Source: Campylobacterota bacterium (GTDB lineage: Bacteria > Campylobacterota > Campylobacteria > Campylobacterales > Arcobacteraceae). Taken from it: a DNA stretch of 64,000 bases. Under the pieces are notes generated by a model that saw only the letters and a list, made by a program, of their open reading frames with translations, had not been told where the DNA came from and ran no database searches. Made by a program: the position numbers and the translations under genes. Below are positions 62,178 to 64,000 of this stretch, in pieces. Position 1 is the stretch's first letter; every line of letters begins with the position of its first letter. The stretch covers positions 10,137 through 74,136 of the forward strand of contig JBNJFB010000004.1 of NCBI GenBank assembly GCA_051746405.1, read 5' to 3'.

Positions 62178-62762
62178 ATGAAGAAACTTTTTTTAATAAT
62201 TGGTGCACCAGGAAGTGGAAAAACTACAGATGCCCAGCTAATTGCACAAAAGCATGAAAATATTACTCACTACTCTGCTGGTGGTATGTTTAGAACAGAG
62301 GTTGCAAGTGGAAGTAAAAGAGGTGAATTAATAGACTCTTTTATCTCTAAAGGTTTAATTGTTCCTATTGATATTGCAATTGAAACAATTGTAGATGCAA
62401 TTAAAAATGCTCCAACAGATGTAGTAATAATCGATGGGTATCCAAGATCAACTGAGCAAATGGTAGAACTAGATAAATATTTAGAAAATGAATCACAAGT
62501 AGAACTATCAAGTGTTATTGAAGTAGAAGTTTCTAAAGATACAGCTTTTAAAAGGGTTTTAGGAAGAGCAACTGTTGATGAGGTTGTAAGAGATGATGAT
62601 AATGAAGAGGTATTTTTAAATAGAATGAAGGTTTATACTGAACCTTTAGCTTCAATTCAAGAGTTTTATAAAAAAAGAGATTTATATAAAATAATTTCAG
62701 GTGAGGGCACAATTCAAGAGATTGTAACTCAAATGAATGAGTTTATAAAATCAAAAATCTAA
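62178..62762 (+). CDS. adk: second adenylate kinase, short-LID type
   Basis: GAPGSGKTT, IDGYPRS, R.DD..E.F..R. Confidence 0.85.
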   Translation: MKKLFLIIGAPGSGKTTDAQLIAQKHENITHYSAGGMFRTEVASGSKRGELIDSFISKGLIVPIDIAIETIVDAIKNAPTDVVIIDGYPRSTEQMVELDKYLENESQVELSSVIEVEVSKDTAFKRVLGRATVDEVVRDDDNEEVFLNRMKVYTEPLASIQEFYKKRDLYKIISGEGTIQEIVTQMNEFIKSKI

Positions 62763-63520
62763 TGAATAAGAAGATAAACTTTTACTCAGTTATTGTAGGG
62801 ACTGAACTTCTAAATGGGCGTCGAAAAGATGCTCATTTCTCTTTTTTGAATCAAGAACTTCTAAAAAGAGGTTGGGAGCAAAAGGCCTCTTTTGTGATAG
62901 AAGATGACCCTAAATTTATGTTAGATATTTTTAATCTTATAAAATCTGATAAAAACTCTGTAATGTTTTGTTTTGGTGGTATTGGTTCAACTCCTGATGA
63001 TTATACAAGGCAAGTAGCCGCAAAAGCTTTTACAAATGAAAAAATGGAGTTTAATAAAGAGTCAACAAAAAAGATTGAAGCTAGATTTAAAAGTGAAGCA
63101 TATCCTCACAGAATTTATATGGGGTATTTACCCATAGGTGCTAAGCCACTTCAAAATGTGGTAAATGATATACCAGGGTTTTATCTAGAAGATAGATTTT
63201 TCTTTACACCTGGGTTTCCTTCTATGAGTCAAAGTATGGTTATAGAAGCACTTGATAAGCTGTACCCTAAGAGTAATACACAAAAATACAGAAGAGTTTT
63301 AACTGCTTCTTGTGGTGAAAATGATTTAATAGATAGTATGAAAAAGATACCAAAACATCTTGAGTTAGCATCTTTACCTAAAATTATTGAAGATAAAAGA
63401 AAGGTAGTAATCTCACTTGCAGGATATGAAAAAAAAGAGGTAGATGAGTATTTTCAGATTTTTGTGGATTATTTAGAAAAAAATAGGGTAGATTATATCT
63501 TTGAAGATATAAGTGCTTAA
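62762..63520 (+). CDS. CinA-like molybdopterin-binding domain protein
   Basis: VGTELLNG...D, GGIG.TPDD.T, PGFP. Confidence 0.85.
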   Translation: MNKKINFYSVIVGTELLNGRRKDAHFSFLNQELLKRGWEQKASFVIEDDPKFMLDIFNLIKSDKNSVMFCFGGIGSTPDDYTRQVAAKAFTNEKMEFNKESTKKIEARFKSEAYPHRIYMGYLPIGAKPLQNVVNDIPGFYLEDRFFFTPGFPSMSQSMVIEALDKLYPKSNTQKYRRVLTASCGENDLIDSMKKIPKHLELASLPKIIEDKRKVVISLAGYEKKEVDEYFQIFVDYLEKNRVDYIFEDISA

Positions 63521-63522
63521 AA

Positions 63523-64000
63523 CTATTTTACAGGTTTAAGATAATCTCCTACTTTAAAGCCTTCATCTTTAGGATATTTACCTAAGTTATAGTCTCTCCA
63601 AACTCTTTTACAAAGTTTATTTCCTTTTTTGTATTCATCTTTTGCAAAGACATGAGCCCTACCAAAGTTTGGAAATACTCCTTTTCCACTTGCATACATA
63701 TATGCAATAAAACAGTTAGCATCATAGTATTTTTGTTTTGATGCTTTTTTGAAGTAGTGTAAAGCTTTTTTAAAATCAACCTCTGTAGTTATACCAAATA
63801 AAAAAAGTTTACCCAGCATATTTTGAGACTTTGCATAGCCTTTGTTTGCAGAGTAAACAAAGTGATTATATGCTTTTGTTTCATCATGATATTTTGTTGT
63901 CTTAGATAAATATATTTTTCCAAGGGTATAGTATGCTTTTAGATTATCATTCTCAATTGCTAGTAAAAGAAGAGTATAACCTTTGTCTATATCTTTTTTT
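63523..64000 (-). CDS. Sel1-like repeat protein, 5' end outside the window
   Basis: Frame open to the window edge; AYYTLGKIY, SANKGYAKSQNMLG, A..YFKKAS.Q, YMYASGKGV repeats. Confidence 0.85.
   Translation of the reverse strand, partial: KKDIDKGYTLLLLAIENDNLKAYYTLGKIYLSKTTKYHDETKAYNHFVYSANKGYAKSQNMLGKLFLFGITTEVDFKKALHYFKKASKQKYYDANCFIAYMYASGKGVFPNFGRAHVFAKDEYKKGNKLCKRVWRDYNLGKYPKDEGFKVGDYLKPVK

Noticed and set aside
1..64000. CRISPR arrays, rRNA, IS elements, prophage
   Set aside because: No regularly spaced repeats, rRNA sequence, transposase, integrase or phage structural genes seen

Overview
AT-rich chromosomal window from a Campylobacterota bacterium, probably Arcobacteraceae. The assignment is inferred from the Campylobacter-type RecO, the S10-spc cluster lacking rpmD, and the overall gene set. 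Most of the window is housekeeping: pgi, apt, trpB, pepA, ychF, recO, thiL, truD, ruvA, ddl, a murF-like gene, rpsJ through infA, aspS, two adenylate kinases and tRNA-Ser(GGA). Two accessory regions stand out. (1) A ~2.2 kb islet at 6.6-8.8 kb holds a probable decayed restriction-modification 3' end, a 2-TM protein, a frameshifted DUF3800 (RNase H-like) gene and a BECR/RelE-like RNase candidate. A GC-rich ~90 nt element able to form a double pseudoknot starts at the last stop codon. This is a candidate RNA-containing defence or toxin-antitoxin system. (2) A Tad/Flp pilus locus at 17.7-27.3 kb sits behind a GEMM-I (c-di-GMP-I) riboswitch carrying U instead of the ligand-pairing C92. It is preceded by a diheme cytochrome c peroxidase-like gene coupled to a sensor GGDEF-EAL gene, and all three pilins have an acidic residue at +3 rather than the usual Glu+5. 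Also noted: a candidate minus-strand sRNA after infA, an unannotated 39-aa membrane peptide, and several degenerate sensor domains. All calls come from reading motifs by eye; no database searches were run.
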